64,000 nt of DNA from Patescibacteria group bacterium (GCA_041656935.1 JBBACQ010000005.1:1-64000); one strand, 5' to 3'. Positions 28,755-38,824 are shown, counted from the first letter of the stretch. A program made the numbers and translations. The notes: a model not told the origin generated them from the sequence alone.

Positions 28755-30308
28755 TTAATTAATCACTTGACCACCAAAGGTCTTTAATAAATCGTTTATT
28801 AAATCATTATTTTTATTATTAAGATTTATTTCCATATTTTCATCAACCCCCGTATCGATTATTAAATCAGCTTTAAAAACATCTTTTAGAACCTGCGCAA
28901 CCATTGATCTTATTTCTGGCTTATCTAAACGATCTTTATGAAACTTATATTTGAAATTCAAACAAATTTTATTACCATTAATGCTATCTATTTTACAAGA
29001 TTGTAAGACAAACGATAAGGAGTGATTAAATGGTTTTAATTTAGTAATAACTTCGGGCCAATTTTTATCTAATTCTTCTTTAGTAATTATCGGATCTAAA
29101 TTATTCTGAGATTTAGGATTATTGTTTATGGGGGGGGTCTCCTTGGTTTTTCTAATTGGAGTTTGGCTATTAGTGGAGGCAAAAGATGAATTAGTATTAT
29201 CAATATTATTAGCTGATGGCTGGCAAATATTTATTATAGCTAACTCTAAAAGCATCTGCGGAATTAAAGAACCAGACAAATTTTTTAAAACTCCCATAAA
29301 TTCTTCGGTAATTTGGACCAAAGAGTTTAAGGAGAAGTTGCTATTCAACTCACTTATTTTAATCTCTAATTTTTCGCTCAAATCTAACCCCAAGCTACTA
29401 GACAAGGAATCACTAACCTTACTAAGAATCATTTTTCTAAGCAATTCTATTAAATCATTTAAAAAATTCTTTAAATTTATACCGGAATCAACTAAATTAT
29501 TAACTGTTTGAATAGCTGATTGAATATCTTTTTTTCCAAGGCTTTCTAATAAAAAAATGTTTTCTTCAATACTATTATAAGGGATAACTAAATTAGCACT
29601 GGCTAAATCAATTTTTTTATCACTAATCGCTATTATTTGACTAAGTAAGCTCTCCGCATCACGTAAGTGCCCATCAGATTTTAAGGAAATTAAATTTAGA
29701 ACCTCTCTATCTACATCTAACCCCTCGTTTTTAACAATAACTTCTAATTTAGCCACCATGTCGTTAAAACTAATTCTCTTAAAATCAAACCGTTCACAAC
29801 GAGAAATTATAGTAGTGGGGACTTTATATATTTCAGTAGTACATAATATAAAAATTACATTTTGCGGAGGTTCTTCTAAAGTTTTAAGTAAGGCATTAAA
29901 GGCTGACAAAGATAACATGTGAACTTCATCAATAATAAAAACTTTAAATTTATTATTAGAAGACTTAACTCGACTCAAGGAAATAATATTGTCCCTAACA
30001 TTGTCTACTCCGGTATTGCTCGCAGCGTCAACTTCGATAACATCAAGATTATTAAAATTAATTATACTAGAGCAACTACTACACTTATTACAAGGTTCAA
30101 AGTCTTTAGGATTTCGCTCTTCGCAGTTAACGGCCTTAGCTAAAACTCGAGCCAAAGTTGTTTTACCAACAGCTCGCGGTCCACAAAATAAATAAGCGTG
30201 CGAAACTTTATTATTTAAAATTTCATTTTGCAAAGTAGTTTTGATATGATTTTGTCCAAAAATTTGAGAAAAATTTTGCGGACGATATTTTTGATATAAA
30301 ACAGCCAT
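28755..30308 (-). CDS. dnaX: DNA polymerase III subunit gamma/tau
   Basis: YRPQNFSQIFGQ, Walker A GPRAVGKTT, zinc module CNKCSSC, and the DEVHMLS and SRCERFDF motifs. Confidence 0.9.
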   Translation of the reverse strand: MAVLYQKYRPQNFSQIFGQNHIKTTLQNEILNNKVSHAYLFCGPRAVGKTTLARVLAKAVNCEERNPKDFEPCNKCSSCSSIINFNNLDVIEVDAASNTGVDNVRDNIISLSRVKSSNNKFKVFIIDEVHMLSLSAFNALLKTLEEPPQNVIFILCTTEIYKVPTTIISRCERFDFKRISFNDMVAKLEVIVKNEGLDVDREVLNLISLKSDGHLRDAESLLSQIIAISDKKIDLASANLVIPYNSIEENIFLLESLGKKDIQSAIQTVNNLVDSGINLKNFLNDLIELLRKMILSKVSDSLSSSLGLDLSEKLEIKISELNSNFSLNSLVQITEEFMGVLKNLSGSLIPQMLLELAIINICQPSANNIDNTNSSFASTNSQTPIRKTKETPPINNNPKSQNNLDPIITKEELDKNWPEVITKLKPFNHSLSFVLQSCKIDSINGNKICLNFKYKFHKDRLDKPEIRSMVAQVLKDVFKADLIIDTGVDENMEINLNNKNNDLINDLLKTFGGQVIN

Positions 30309-30403
30309 ATTTTATAATATTTAGAAAACAAAAAAACAATTTATAGTAGAAATAAAATAAATCGAAATCTTTATATATCTTATCATTTAATCTTTAAAAA
30401 GTA

Positions 30404-30432
30404 AATAAAAAAGCCATCTGGTTTGATGGCTT
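30404..30432 (-). terminator. Rho-independent terminator of purA
   Basis: AAGCCATC-tggttt-GATGGCTT. The minus strand reads the hairpin followed by TTTTTTATTT. Confidence 0.7.
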
Positions 30433-30458
30433 GAGCGTTTAAGCGATAGTAATGAATA

Positions 30459-31982
30459 CTAGACAATGATTGTTTGTTCGGGTTTAGGTCCGACCGAGAT
30501 TACTTTATTCTTTGCACCGGTTTCCTCGGTTAAATAATCGAGGATTTTCCTTAGATTTAACGGTAAACCTTGGTAATCTCTTATTCCAGAAATATCTTCT
30601 TCCCAACCAGGAAAAACCTTGTAAAGAGGTTCACAATCCTTTAAAAAGTTAGCGTCTGAAATAGCTGTTCTTAAAACATCACCTTTTTGGATTCTTTTCT
30701 CTCCAAAACGGTAAATTACCCCTTTATACCGGTAAGCGTAGCAAATCTTGATTTTTTTTACCCCACTTAAAATATCTAATTTAGTTAGAATCAGATTTTT
30801 GTGAGATGTTTTGAAAGCATGACGAAGAAGAGGCAAATCTAACCAGCCAATTCTTCTGGGGCGCCCGGTAGTAGATCCATATTCCTCTCCTATAACTCGG
30901 ATGGCAATTCCTTGAAGAAATGGATCTGGAGAATTAATATCGGCTCTCCCAGATGAAAATAATTGCCTTTCAAGCGCTTTCCTTCCTGATTTTCGGCACC
31001 ACTCTTCCGACTTTTTACCTCCATGTTCAGTTGGAAAAGGCCCTTCTCCAACCTTGCTCATACAGAATCCCTTGATAATCCCCAACTCTAAATCAACACA
31101 GCTTTCTTTTAAACCAACCCCCTTAGCTAAACCTGAAATCGTGCAATCTGATGAGGTTACGTAAGGGTAGGTGCCGTAATCAATACTCAAAAGATGCCCC
31201 TGAGCTCCCTCTAACAGGATATTCTTTTTTCCAGCCATTGACCGGAGAAAAGAATCAGTATCCCTAATAAAAGGATCTAACTCATTCGCGTATTTTAAAT
31301 ATTGACTAATAAGAGCATCTTCGTTAATTATGTCGGTCTCACTAAAATAGATACCATTCTTTAAATGGTCGTGATTTAAAATTTCACGAATCAATTGAAG
31401 ATCATATCCTTTTAATAAAACCCGGACATTTTTCAAATGTTTTTTTATCTTTTCGATAAAAACATTTGTGTTCAGCAAATCATTCATAATTAACCCTGAG
31501 CGACCGACATGGTCTAGGTAAGTCGGAGTAATTCCCTTTCCAGTTGTTCCGATTTTTTCTCCTCCCTCTTTTCCGGCCAAACTCTCTTTTAACCGATCTT
31601 GTAATATGTGGGTTGGTAGAATCAACTTGGCCCGGAGAGATATTTGCAAATTATTAAGAGAAAACCCTTTTTTTAGCAAGAGCCTCATCTCGTCACATAA
31701 CGTTTTGGGATAAATTACTACCCCCGAACCGATTATATTAATCTTCCCATCTTTATCATGCAAGGAAGATGAAGGCAAGAGATGAAAAACATGTGTCTCA
31801 TTATTAAAATCAAATTTAATAGTGTGACCAGCATTATCTCCACCTGTACCACGGGCAATAATATCAGCCCAATATTGGGCGATATAGTCAACAAATTTAC
31901 CTTTACCGGTATCTCCCCATTGATTACAAACCACAGCTATGGTTTTCATCTCGGGTGTTATAAGGTCATTAAAAGTCTTCAT
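30459..31982 (-). CDS. purA: Adenylosuccinate synthetase (unusually long, 507 aa)
   Basis: P-loop QWGDTGKGKFVD, plus GTTGKGITPTY and GSTTGRPRRIGWLD. Strong SD (AAGGAG). Confidence 0.9.
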   Translation of the reverse strand: MKTFNDLITPEMKTIAVVCNQWGDTGKGKFVDYIAQYWADIIARGTGGDNAGHTIKFDFNNETHVFHLLPSSSLHDKDGKINIIGSGVVIYPKTLCDEMRLLLKKGFSLNNLQISLRAKLILPTHILQDRLKESLAGKEGGEKIGTTGKGITPTYLDHVGRSGLIMNDLLNTNVFIEKIKKHLKNVRVLLKGYDLQLIREILNHDHLKNGIYFSETDIINEDALISQYLKYANELDPFIRDTDSFLRSMAGKKNILLEGAQGHLLSIDYGTYPYVTSSDCTISGLAKGVGLKESCVDLELGIIKGFCMSKVGEGPFPTEHGGKKSEEWCRKSGRKALERQLFSSGRADINSPDPFLQGIAIRVIGEEYGSTTGRPRRIGWLDLPLLRHAFKTSHKNLILTKLDILSGVKKIKICYAYRYKGVIYRFGEKRIQKGDVLRTAISDANFLKDCEPLYKVFPGWEEDISGIRDYQGLPLNLRKILDYLTEETGAKNKVISVGPKPEQTIIV

Positions 31983-32060
31983 TTTTTTCTCCTTTTTAGT
32001 TTATTTTATTGTTAAAGAAAAGACCCTTAATTTTAATCTATTATTATAAATAAGTCAAAT

Positions 32061-32085
32061 AAAAAAACCAGATTTTTTCTGGTTT
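32061..32085 (-). terminator. Rho-independent terminator of 32123..32509
   Basis: AAACCAGA-ttttt-TCTGGTTT with an A7 run upstream on the plus strand (T7 on the minus strand). Confidence 0.7.
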
Positions 32086-32122
32086 GTTCTTGCTGTCTTG
32101 CCTTAAGCTGAAAATTATTTTT

Positions 32123-32509
32123 TTAAGTTAACACCTCCTCTTCTTTTGATAAAACCTTTTTTATTAGAGCCATTTCATACTTGGGAGTTCCACTCAGAGA
32201 CGTGGATTTGATGTCATTTTTCTTTAACACTATCGGAACGGCTTCAACTATAACTCTAACAGCTAGACCTTCTTTGAAAATCTTCTTCAGAGTTTTCTCT
32301 ATCTTCTCTTCAGCAAAAATAGCTTCTTTTTTAACATCAGCTATCTCGACAAAAGATCCTCCTTTTTTCTGAGCGATTGCCCCTAAGAGAACCGAACCAA
32401 AATGCCAGTTTCCGTTTTTTCTAATTTTTGCTTTTCCAAAAACCATGTCTAAAGTGAAATCAGGAGTTACTCCTGTGATAAGGAAAATTTCCCGTGCTTG
32501 AGAATCCAT
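32123..32509 (-). CDS. Hypothetical protein (128 aa)
   Basis: The ORF has its own TTGACA-17-TATATT promoter and a terminator. No family recognised. Confidence 0.45.
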   Translation of the reverse strand: MDSQAREIFLITGVTPDFTLDMVFGKAKIRKNGNWHFGSVLLGAIAQKKGGSFVEIADVKKEAIFAEEKIEKTLKKIFKEGLAVRVIVEAVPIVLKKNDIKSTSLSGTPKYEMALIKKVLSKEEEVLT

Positions 32510-32575
32510 TAGCTAAAATTTTAAAGTTATTAAAAAAATAAGTTAAAAAATAAAAAGAACTAAAATTATATTAAT

Positions 32576-32604
32576 AATATAAATATAAAAATCAATAATG
32601 TCAA
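32576..32604 (-). promoter_or_regulatory. Sigma70-like promoter for 32123..32509
   Basis: Minus strand TTGACA (32604-32599), 17-nt spacer, TATATT (32581-32576). Confidence 0.5.
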
Positions 32605-32619
32605 CCCCAAAGAAGTGGC

Positions 32620-35043
32620 CTAAAAAATAAAATTAATAATCTTGTTTTTGACCCAAACAACCTTTTTATAATCATTGAGGAAATACTTTTGTAGCTTCTC
32701 GTCACCAGAGACTATTCGACAAACTTCCTCTTCCGATAAATCAGGTGCTATTTTTATAACCCCCTTAGTTTTGCCATTTATTTGAACCGCTAAAGAAATT
32801 TGAGTTGAACTTAATAAATTTTCGTCATAAGTTGGCCAGTTTTGTTGATGTACCGAAAACTGATTGCCAATTCTGTCCCACAACTCTTCAGCTATAAAGG
32901 GGGCAAATGGGGCTAGAATTAAGATTAATTTTTGAAAATATTCTTTAGGAATAACCTCAAATTGAGAAAAATTATTAACTAGAATCATTAATTGAGAAAT
33001 AGCGGTATTAAACTTAAGTTCTTCAATATCTTCTCCTACCTTTTTGATACTCTTATTTAATTCTAAAATTAAATCTTGATATTTATTAGAGTCAAACTTT
33101 TCTAGAAAAACTCTTGAAGAAATTTCTTCTATTTTATCTAAAAATCTTTTTACTCCTAAAATATTTTTAGTATTCCAAGGCTTAGGATCTTCTAAGGGCC
33201 CCATAAACATTTCGTATAAGCGCAAAGTATCAGCTCCGTATTCGGCTATTACATCATTAGGATTAACTACACTACCCTTAGATTTGCTCATTTTACTACC
33301 ATCTTCAGCTAAAATCATTCCCTGATGACGTAATTTTTGGAAGGGCTCATTTACATCACTATAACCATATTTTTCGAGAACTTTAGCTATAAAACGAGCA
33401 TAAAGTAAGTGCATAACGCTATGATCAGCTCCACCGATATATAAATCTACTGGCATAGATTGAGAAATATTGGCTTTTTCGGCAAAAATTTGGCTGTTTT
33501 GAGAATCTAAATATCTAAAATAATACCAAGAAGAACAGACAAAGGTATCCATAGTATCATTTTCCCGACGCGCTGGTTTTCCACAAACCGGACAATTGAC
33601 CTTATGAAAGGATTTAGAGTGTTTTAAGGGTGATTCACCGGTTGGTAGAAAATTAACATCCTCTGGTAAAACTACTGGCAGGTCTTTTTCTGGTACTGGC
33701 ACTTCCCCACACTTGTCACAATAAATAATCGGAATCGGGGCTCCCCAATATCTCTGCCGAGATATTAACCAATCACGCAGGCGATAATTAATATCGGCCT
33801 GACCAATTTTATTGTTCAGTAAATATTTTATAATTTTCTCTTGGGCCTCCTTAACTTCTAAGCCATTAATAATATCGGAATTTATTAAACGACCATCACC
33901 GGTATAAGCTTCCTGAGAAATATCTCCCCCGCTAATAACTTCAATTATTTCTAAATTATATTTTTTAGCAAACAGATAATCTCTTTCATCATGAGCCGGA
34001 ACCGCCATAATTGCTCCAGAACCATAACCAGATAAAACATAATCGGCGACAAATATTTTTATTTCTTTATTATTTAATGGATTAATAGCAAAAATCCCTT
34101 CTAGCTCAACCCCAGTTTTTTCTTTAATAGCCATCATTTTTTCCATTTCCGTTTTCTTTTTGGCCTCAGCTATATATTTAGAAACTTCCGCTAAGTTTTT
34201 TATTTTACTAGAAAATTTTTGAATTAATTCATGTTCAGGATTAATGGCCATATAAGTGCAACCATACAAAGTGTCTGGTCTAGTAGTAAAAACTTCTAAA
34301 TTATAATTTTCTTGACCATCACTAACAACAAAATTAACTCTAGCTCCAATACTTTTTCCAATCCAGTTCTTTTGCGCAGTTTTGGTGGGCTGGGGCCAAT
34401 CAATATCATCTAGACCCGATAAAAGACCTTTTATTTTTTTCTTTTGGAACTCCTGATCTTCTATAAAATCAACAATCTTAAAAAACCATTGTTCTAAGTC
34501 TTTTTGTATTACCTGATCTCCACAGCGCTCACAAAAACCAGTTTCCGCTTGTTCGTTGGCTAAAACGGTAGAGCATTTTTCACACCAATTAACCTTAGCT
34601 TTCTTTTTGTAAGCTAAACCATTTTTGTATAAAAGTAAAAATAACCATTGGGTCCATTTATAATACTCTGGACTAGAGGTCTTAACCTCTCTGTCCCAAT
34701 CGTATTCTAGGCCTAAGTTTTCCATTTGAGAACTAAAATTGGCAATAGCCGAAGCAACGGTTTTAGAGGGATGAACCCCTGTTTTTATAGCATAATTTTC
34801 AGCTGGCAAACCAAAAGAATCCCAGCCCATGGGATGGATAACTTGATATCCGGTCATTCTTTTAAAACGACTCAAAATATCGGAAGCGGTATAACCCTCA
34901 ACGTGGCCGACATGAAGACCCGACCCGGAAGGATAAGGAAACATATCTAAACAATAAAATTTCTCCCCTTTTACGGCTGAATTTTTGTATAGTTTAGCCT
35001 TTTGCCACTTTAGAGACCATTTTTTTTCAATATCTTTATTCAT
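32620..35043 (-). CDS. leuS: Leucyl-tRNA synthetase
   Basis: The start is trimmed to the ATG at 35043 (MNKDIEKKWS...). PYPSGSGLHVGHVEGY (HIGH), KMSKSKGS (KMSKS), and a CP1/editing region. Confidence 0.95.
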   Translation of the reverse strand: MNKDIEKKWSLKWQKAKLYKNSAVKGEKFYCLDMFPYPSGSGLHVGHVEGYTASDILSRFKRMTGYQVIHPMGWDSFGLPAENYAIKTGVHPSKTVASAIANFSSQMENLGLEYDWDREVKTSSPEYYKWTQWLFLLLYKNGLAYKKKAKVNWCEKCSTVLANEQAETGFCERCGDQVIQKDLEQWFFKIVDFIEDQEFQKKKIKGLLSGLDDIDWPQPTKTAQKNWIGKSIGARVNFVVSDGQENYNLEVFTTRPDTLYGCTYMAINPEHELIQKFSSKIKNLAEVSKYIAEAKKKTEMEKMMAIKEKTGVELEGIFAINPLNNKEIKIFVADYVLSGYGSGAIMAVPAHDERDYLFAKKYNLEIIEVISGGDISQEAYTGDGRLINSDIINGLEVKEAQEKIIKYLLNNKIGQADINYRLRDWLISRQRYWGAPIPIIYCDKCGEVPVPEKDLPVVLPEDVNFLPTGESPLKHSKSFHKVNCPVCGKPARRENDTMDTFVCSSWYYFRYLDSQNSQIFAEKANISQSMPVDLYIGGADHSVMHLLYARFIAKVLEKYGYSDVNEPFQKLRHQGMILAEDGSKMSKSKGSVVNPNDVIAEYGADTLRLYEMFMGPLEDPKPWNTKNILGVKRFLDKIEEISSRVFLEKFDSNKYQDLILELNKSIKKVGEDIEELKFNTAISQLMILVNNFSQFEVIPKEYFQKLILILAPFAPFIAEELWDRIGNQFSVHQQNWPTYDENLLSSTQISLAVQINGKTKGVIKIAPDLSEEEVCRIVSGDEKLQKYFLNDYKKVVWVKNKIINFIF

Positions 35044-35113
35044 AATAAAATTTAAATAATAAAACTCCAACAAAAATATCTTATATTATAGCTTAATAAT
35101 TTTAAAAAATCAA

Positions 35114-35141
35114 TAAAAAATCTCGTGTTGGTCACGAGATT
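35114..35141 (-). terminator. Rho-independent terminator of 35156..35809
   Basis: ATCTCGTG-ttggt-CACGAGAT. The minus strand has TTTTTT after the hairpin. Confidence 0.7.
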
Positions 35142-35155
35142 AAGAACTTAATTTC

Positions 35156-35809
35156 TTAGATTTTAATTCCCAGAAAAGAATAGCGAACAAACCACATACT
35201 ATTGTAGTTTTCCAAAATAATTTCTTTTCGGTTTCTTTCCAAGGTTAATCCGCAGGCTACCTTTTTGTTACCGTATTTTTCAAAATCAGATTCTAAAGCT
35301 ACAACTGATAACTCCTCAACCACATTTTTAGAAAAAACCATGAAAGAAGCCAGTTCGAAAAGATTAGCCGGACGAAAACCAGCTCTTTTCATTTTTATAA
35401 TAATAATGTCACTGCTAGAAACTTTATCAATATAAAAAAGTTTTGCCACTGGGAATTTCGGTTTTGGTTTAAAAGAAAAATTTTCAGAATTAATATCTTC
35501 CCCGATAAAAGAATAAGGTACTTGATCAATTACCTCTTCTAAGCTCAATGAATAATCAACCAGGAAAAAGAACTCTTTCTTTAAAAAAGAACTTAATTTG
35601 TCTTTTTGTTTTTGGATGCTCGCTCTAACTCCGCGGTTTGGTTTGGAATCAAGCTGTTCTAGCCTCTCTTCCCAAGCCAAAATTATTTTATCGTGATCTT
35701 TAGGAATACTTGTATTCCTAATTAATCTAGCCATATCAACCAACCCAGCCCTTGAACAATTCTTTATGGCCGGAATAATTGCCTCATGAAACGGTTTCCA
35801 AGGATCCAT
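35156..35809 (-). CDS. Hypothetical protein (217 aa)
   Basis: Strong SD (AGGAGG) and a terminator downstream. No family recognised. Confidence 0.5.
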   Translation of the reverse strand: MDPWKPFHEAIIPAIKNCSRAGLVDMARLIRNTSIPKDHDKIILAWEERLEQLDSKPNRGVRASIQKQKDKLSSFLKKEFFFLVDYSLSLEEVIDQVPYSFIGEDINSENFSFKPKPKFPVAKLFYIDKVSSSDIIIIKMKRAGFRPANLFELASFMVFSKNVVEELSVVALESDFEKYGNKKVACGLTLERNRKEIILENYNSMWFVRYSFLGIKI

Positions 35810-35892
35810 TATTACCTCCTACTTTTAATTTATTTTATTGTTAATGTGAATTTATTAAAATAACACATATTATTTGAAAAGTCAACGATTAG

Positions 35893-36777
35893 TCACCTTA
35901 CACGCATTAAAATATTTATACGATCAAAAAATCCTTGTTTCATGCCTTTAATTTTTTTTGATATAATTTTGAAAGCAAGGTTCTTCTCAATTTCCTTGAT
36001 AATATCTTTTCTAGAAGCCGGAGGCACCCCTTTCCCATTGTTTTTATACATAACTTCAAAATAAGAATACCAAAAAATTAAGCCATTAACTTTTAATTTT
36101 TTAGAGACACTTTTAATCGTTAAACTGAGAATTCTGACTAAATCACCATCCGCAACATTCGCTGTTAAATAATTTAAAACATTGGAAATATTAATTATAT
36201 CAAACGTTTTATTTATTTTTTTATTAATTTCATTAATATCCGAAACAACGAATTCAATTTTTTTGTCAGCCATAATGTTCCGACACTTTAAATATTCTTT
36301 TTCGTTTTTTAAATAAGCATTAACCTGAAAAATTGAGGCACTTAGCATATCTCTCTTTCTAAAATAATCAGAATCAACAAGCCGTCTTCCATTATAATTA
36401 AATTCTTTATAAACTTTATCAAAAAATCTTTTAGTTTTATCTAATAGACTGCTTCTTATTTTTTGATAATTACTAAAAGAAAATTTGGCATTTCCATAAC
36501 CACTACCAAAAAAGTCCAAAAATTCTTCGTAATCTAAAATTTTCAAAGCTTTTAGCTTTAAATCTAAAATAAACTCAGCCCTTATATTTATATCAAAGGC
36601 AAAAACTTTTTTTGCTCCAAAAAAATAAGCATTTATGACTTGATCTCCTGAACCACAAATGCTTAGGACTGATTTATCTTTTAAATCTAAGCACTTATAA
36701 TAAGCAGAGACCATTTCGGTAGCGTAAATATAAATTGGAGATCTTGAAGTCATTTTGTGATGGGCTGGCTTTTTCAT
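35893..36777 (-). CDS. Putative SAM-dependent enzyme, BtaA/DUF3419-like (tentative)
   Basis: VLSICGSGDQVINAYFFGAKKVFAFDINIRAEFILDLKLKALKILDYEEFLDFFG resembles the Rossmann G-x-G plus helix region of DUF3419/BtaA-type proteins, from memory. Ends in TGA. Confidence 0.4.
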   Translation of the reverse strand: MKKPAHHKMTSRSPIYIYATEMVSAYYKCLDLKDKSVLSICGSGDQVINAYFFGAKKVFAFDINIRAEFILDLKLKALKILDYEEFLDFFGSGYGNAKFSFSNYQKIRSSLLDKTKRFFDKVYKEFNYNGRRLVDSDYFRKRDMLSASIFQVNAYLKNEKEYLKCRNIMADKKIEFVVSDINEINKKINKTFDIINISNVLNYLTANVADGDLVRILSLTIKSVSKKLKVNGLIFWYSYFEVMYKNNGKGVPPASRKDIIKEIEKNLAFKIISKKIKGMKQGFFDRINILMRVR

Positions 36778-36810
36778 TTTTTAATTTAATTTTAATAAAG
36801 TTTCAATTAT

Positions 36811-37554
36811 TTATTTTAAAAATTCTACATTATTAAACCACTCTAAACTCGATGTAGCTGGCAAATCACCCATTATTAATGAATATTGACCAATGCTAAA
36901 ATAAAAATACGAATCTGGATGGTTTTTATAATACACAAAATAGGCTAAGCCATTAGTTCGACTATATCCAGCTGGACAAACATTGCAGGCAAAAAAAGGT
37001 TCACCGTCGGGGCAAGGATTATCTGGATAACTAATTACAGCTTTCTGATATTCAGTGGTATCTTCAATGATTTCAACAAAACATTTATCTCTGTCTATAT
37101 TTTGTAAAAAATTATTTTCAATAGCGCTTTGTAAACTAGCATCGGTTTCTTTAGTAAATTTTTCTAAATACTGGCCTAATTTATAATCACTAATACTTGC
37201 TGGTCCGTTCATGTAAAAATAAATTCTATTATCTTCTACTTTTGCCCCAGTTTTATTTTCGGGATCTGAATAATATGATACTTTTATACCTAATTTTTCA
37301 GAAGAGATACTATCATTAACCTCAAGTTTGTCCTCTTCACATTTTTCTTCCCAAACTCTAAGGCATTTTTGTTTTGCTTCACACCAACTATACCCCGCAG
37401 AACCAATACAACCATGTTCATCACGATCACCGCCAACAATGTTTAGTTGATTTATTTGTTCTGACCTGTCCGCTTCGCTATTATTGTTTCTTAAACTACA
37501 AGCTGATAAAGATAAAAAAACTAAAACTAAAGATAAAATTAATATTTTTTTCAT
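36811..37554 (-). CDS. Hypothetical lipoprotein with a Cys-rich N-terminal module
   Basis: Signal peptide plus lipobox (FLSLSAC). The Cys-rich module is DEHGCIGSAGYSWCEAKQKCLRVWEEKC. Confidence 0.6.
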   Translation of the reverse strand: MKKILILSLVLVFLSLSACSLRNNNSEADRSEQINQLNIVGGDRDEHGCIGSAGYSWCEAKQKCLRVWEEKCEEDKLEVNDSISSEKLGIKVSYYSDPENKTGAKVEDNRIYFYMNGPASISDYKLGQYLEKFTKETDASLQSAIENNFLQNIDRDKCFVEIIEDTTEYQKAVISYPDNPCPDGEPFFACNVCPAGYSRTNGLAYFVYYKNHPDSYFYFSIGQYSLIMGDLPATSSLEWFNNVEFLK

Positions 37555-37715
37555 ATTGTTTAAATTATACTTATAATCTTTATATAATAATTATACTTTA
37601 TATTAATACAAAAGCTATTTTAATTCTTTGTTTGTTTTTACTATAATATTTATATTATACCATAATTTTAATTGAATAAAAAATAAGTTCTAATTCCCGT
37701 CGATAAATAATAATC

Positions 37716-38630
37716 CTAAGATTTCGGTAGCCTACCCCCACTACTTAAGCAATCCGCTATAGAGTTATAAGAAATAAAATTTTTAGTTCTATCATAATAA
37801 GTAGTCCCTTTTTCATGGCATATCCCAGTAGAACTTTTCTTAACCTGAGGGCTATCTAATATTTGAGTACCTTCGCTTATTGGAGGCTCTTGGCTATCAA
37901 CGCTCGCCTGAGAATCATTATTTATGCTCTCTAAAACATCACCACTCTCGACGCAGGCATTATCAGCCCAAAGACCCAATTTGTTTTCCCTAGCATACTT
38001 TTCTGCCTTTTGAAATTCAGTTTGATATTTATATGGAATATTATAAGTATATTCATGACCATAACCATTTTCAATCATCCATTTATTAAACAACACCCCG
38101 TTTTCTAAATAAACATATAATAAAAGACGACCGTATTTATCTCGCTCTCCTTGGCTCTCGTCTTTCTTGAGTATTACATTTTTACCACTTAACATTTCCT
38201 TGGCCTTATTAGAAGCTTCAACTCCAAAACATTGAACCTCCTTACGCGGATCAACTGTTTCTGGAGTATCCAGCCCAATCAGACGAATCGATTCTAAATT
38301 GTTGTTAATATACACTTTTATAGTATCGCCATCAACAACATTATAAACTTCATATAATTCTTCGTTTTCTAAATTTTCTTCTTGAATATTATTATTGTTT
38401 AAATTACCATATTCATTATTATCCTCTGGTTCGAAATTGTCAGAATTAATAGAATTAAAATTTTGATTAATATAATTTTTAATTTCAGTAGCTTTACTTT
38501 GCTCTAAAATATTATGGAAAATATTACTAAAATTAATATTGCCATCAGCAGAACCAAATAGAAATAATAAAAGAATAAAAAATACTGAAATTAAAATATA
38601 ATTAATTATTTTAAAATTTTTATTCGTCAT
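37716..38630 (-). CDS. Membrane-anchored staphylococcal-type thermonuclease (SNase) homolog
   Basis: N-terminal TM helix and an Asn/Glu low-complexity linker. The SNase core reads VVDGDTIKV...IRLIGLDTPE...GERDKYGRLLLYVY...NKWMIENGYG. There is a C-terminal Cys-containing tail. Confidence 0.85.
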   Translation of the reverse strand: MTNKNFKIINYILISVFFILLLFLFGSADGNINFSNIFHNILEQSKATEIKNYINQNFNSINSDNFEPEDNNEYGNLNNNNIQEENLENEELYEVYNVVDGDTIKVYINNNLESIRLIGLDTPETVDPRKEVQCFGVEASNKAKEMLSGKNVILKKDESQGERDKYGRLLLYVYLENGVLFNKWMIENGYGHEYTYNIPYKYQTEFQKAEKYARENKLGLWADNACVESGDVLESINNDSQASVDSQEPPISEGTQILDSPQVKKSSTGICHEKGTTYYDRTKNFISYNSIADCLSSGGRLPKS

Positions 38631-38775
38631 ACATTGAATTTAGATAGATTATATTTTAAATTTAACACAAATTTAGATTAAAATAAAGAAAAACTTATCA
38701 ACTTATCATTCACCGCCCTGCATAGGGCTGTTAGCTATACGGCTCACCTAAAATTATGCGGTTGCACCACCTAAA

Positions 38776-38806
38776 ATAAAAAACGGCTGATTTTTTATCA
38801 ACCGTT
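38776..38806 (-). terminator. Rho-independent terminator of repeat-protein gene
   Basis: AACGGCTGAT-ttttt-ATCAACCGTT (one G-U pair). The minus strand is followed by TTTTTATTTT. Confidence 0.65.
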
Positions 38807-38824
38807 AAAATGTTTTAAAAAAGG

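Noticed and set aside
30309-30458. I looked for an SRP (4.5S/ffs) RNA upstream of dnaX, where it often lies in bacteria.
   Set aside because: The spacer is AT-rich. It contains only the purA terminator hairpin and no GNAR-tetraloop or AGCA-type domain IV motif.
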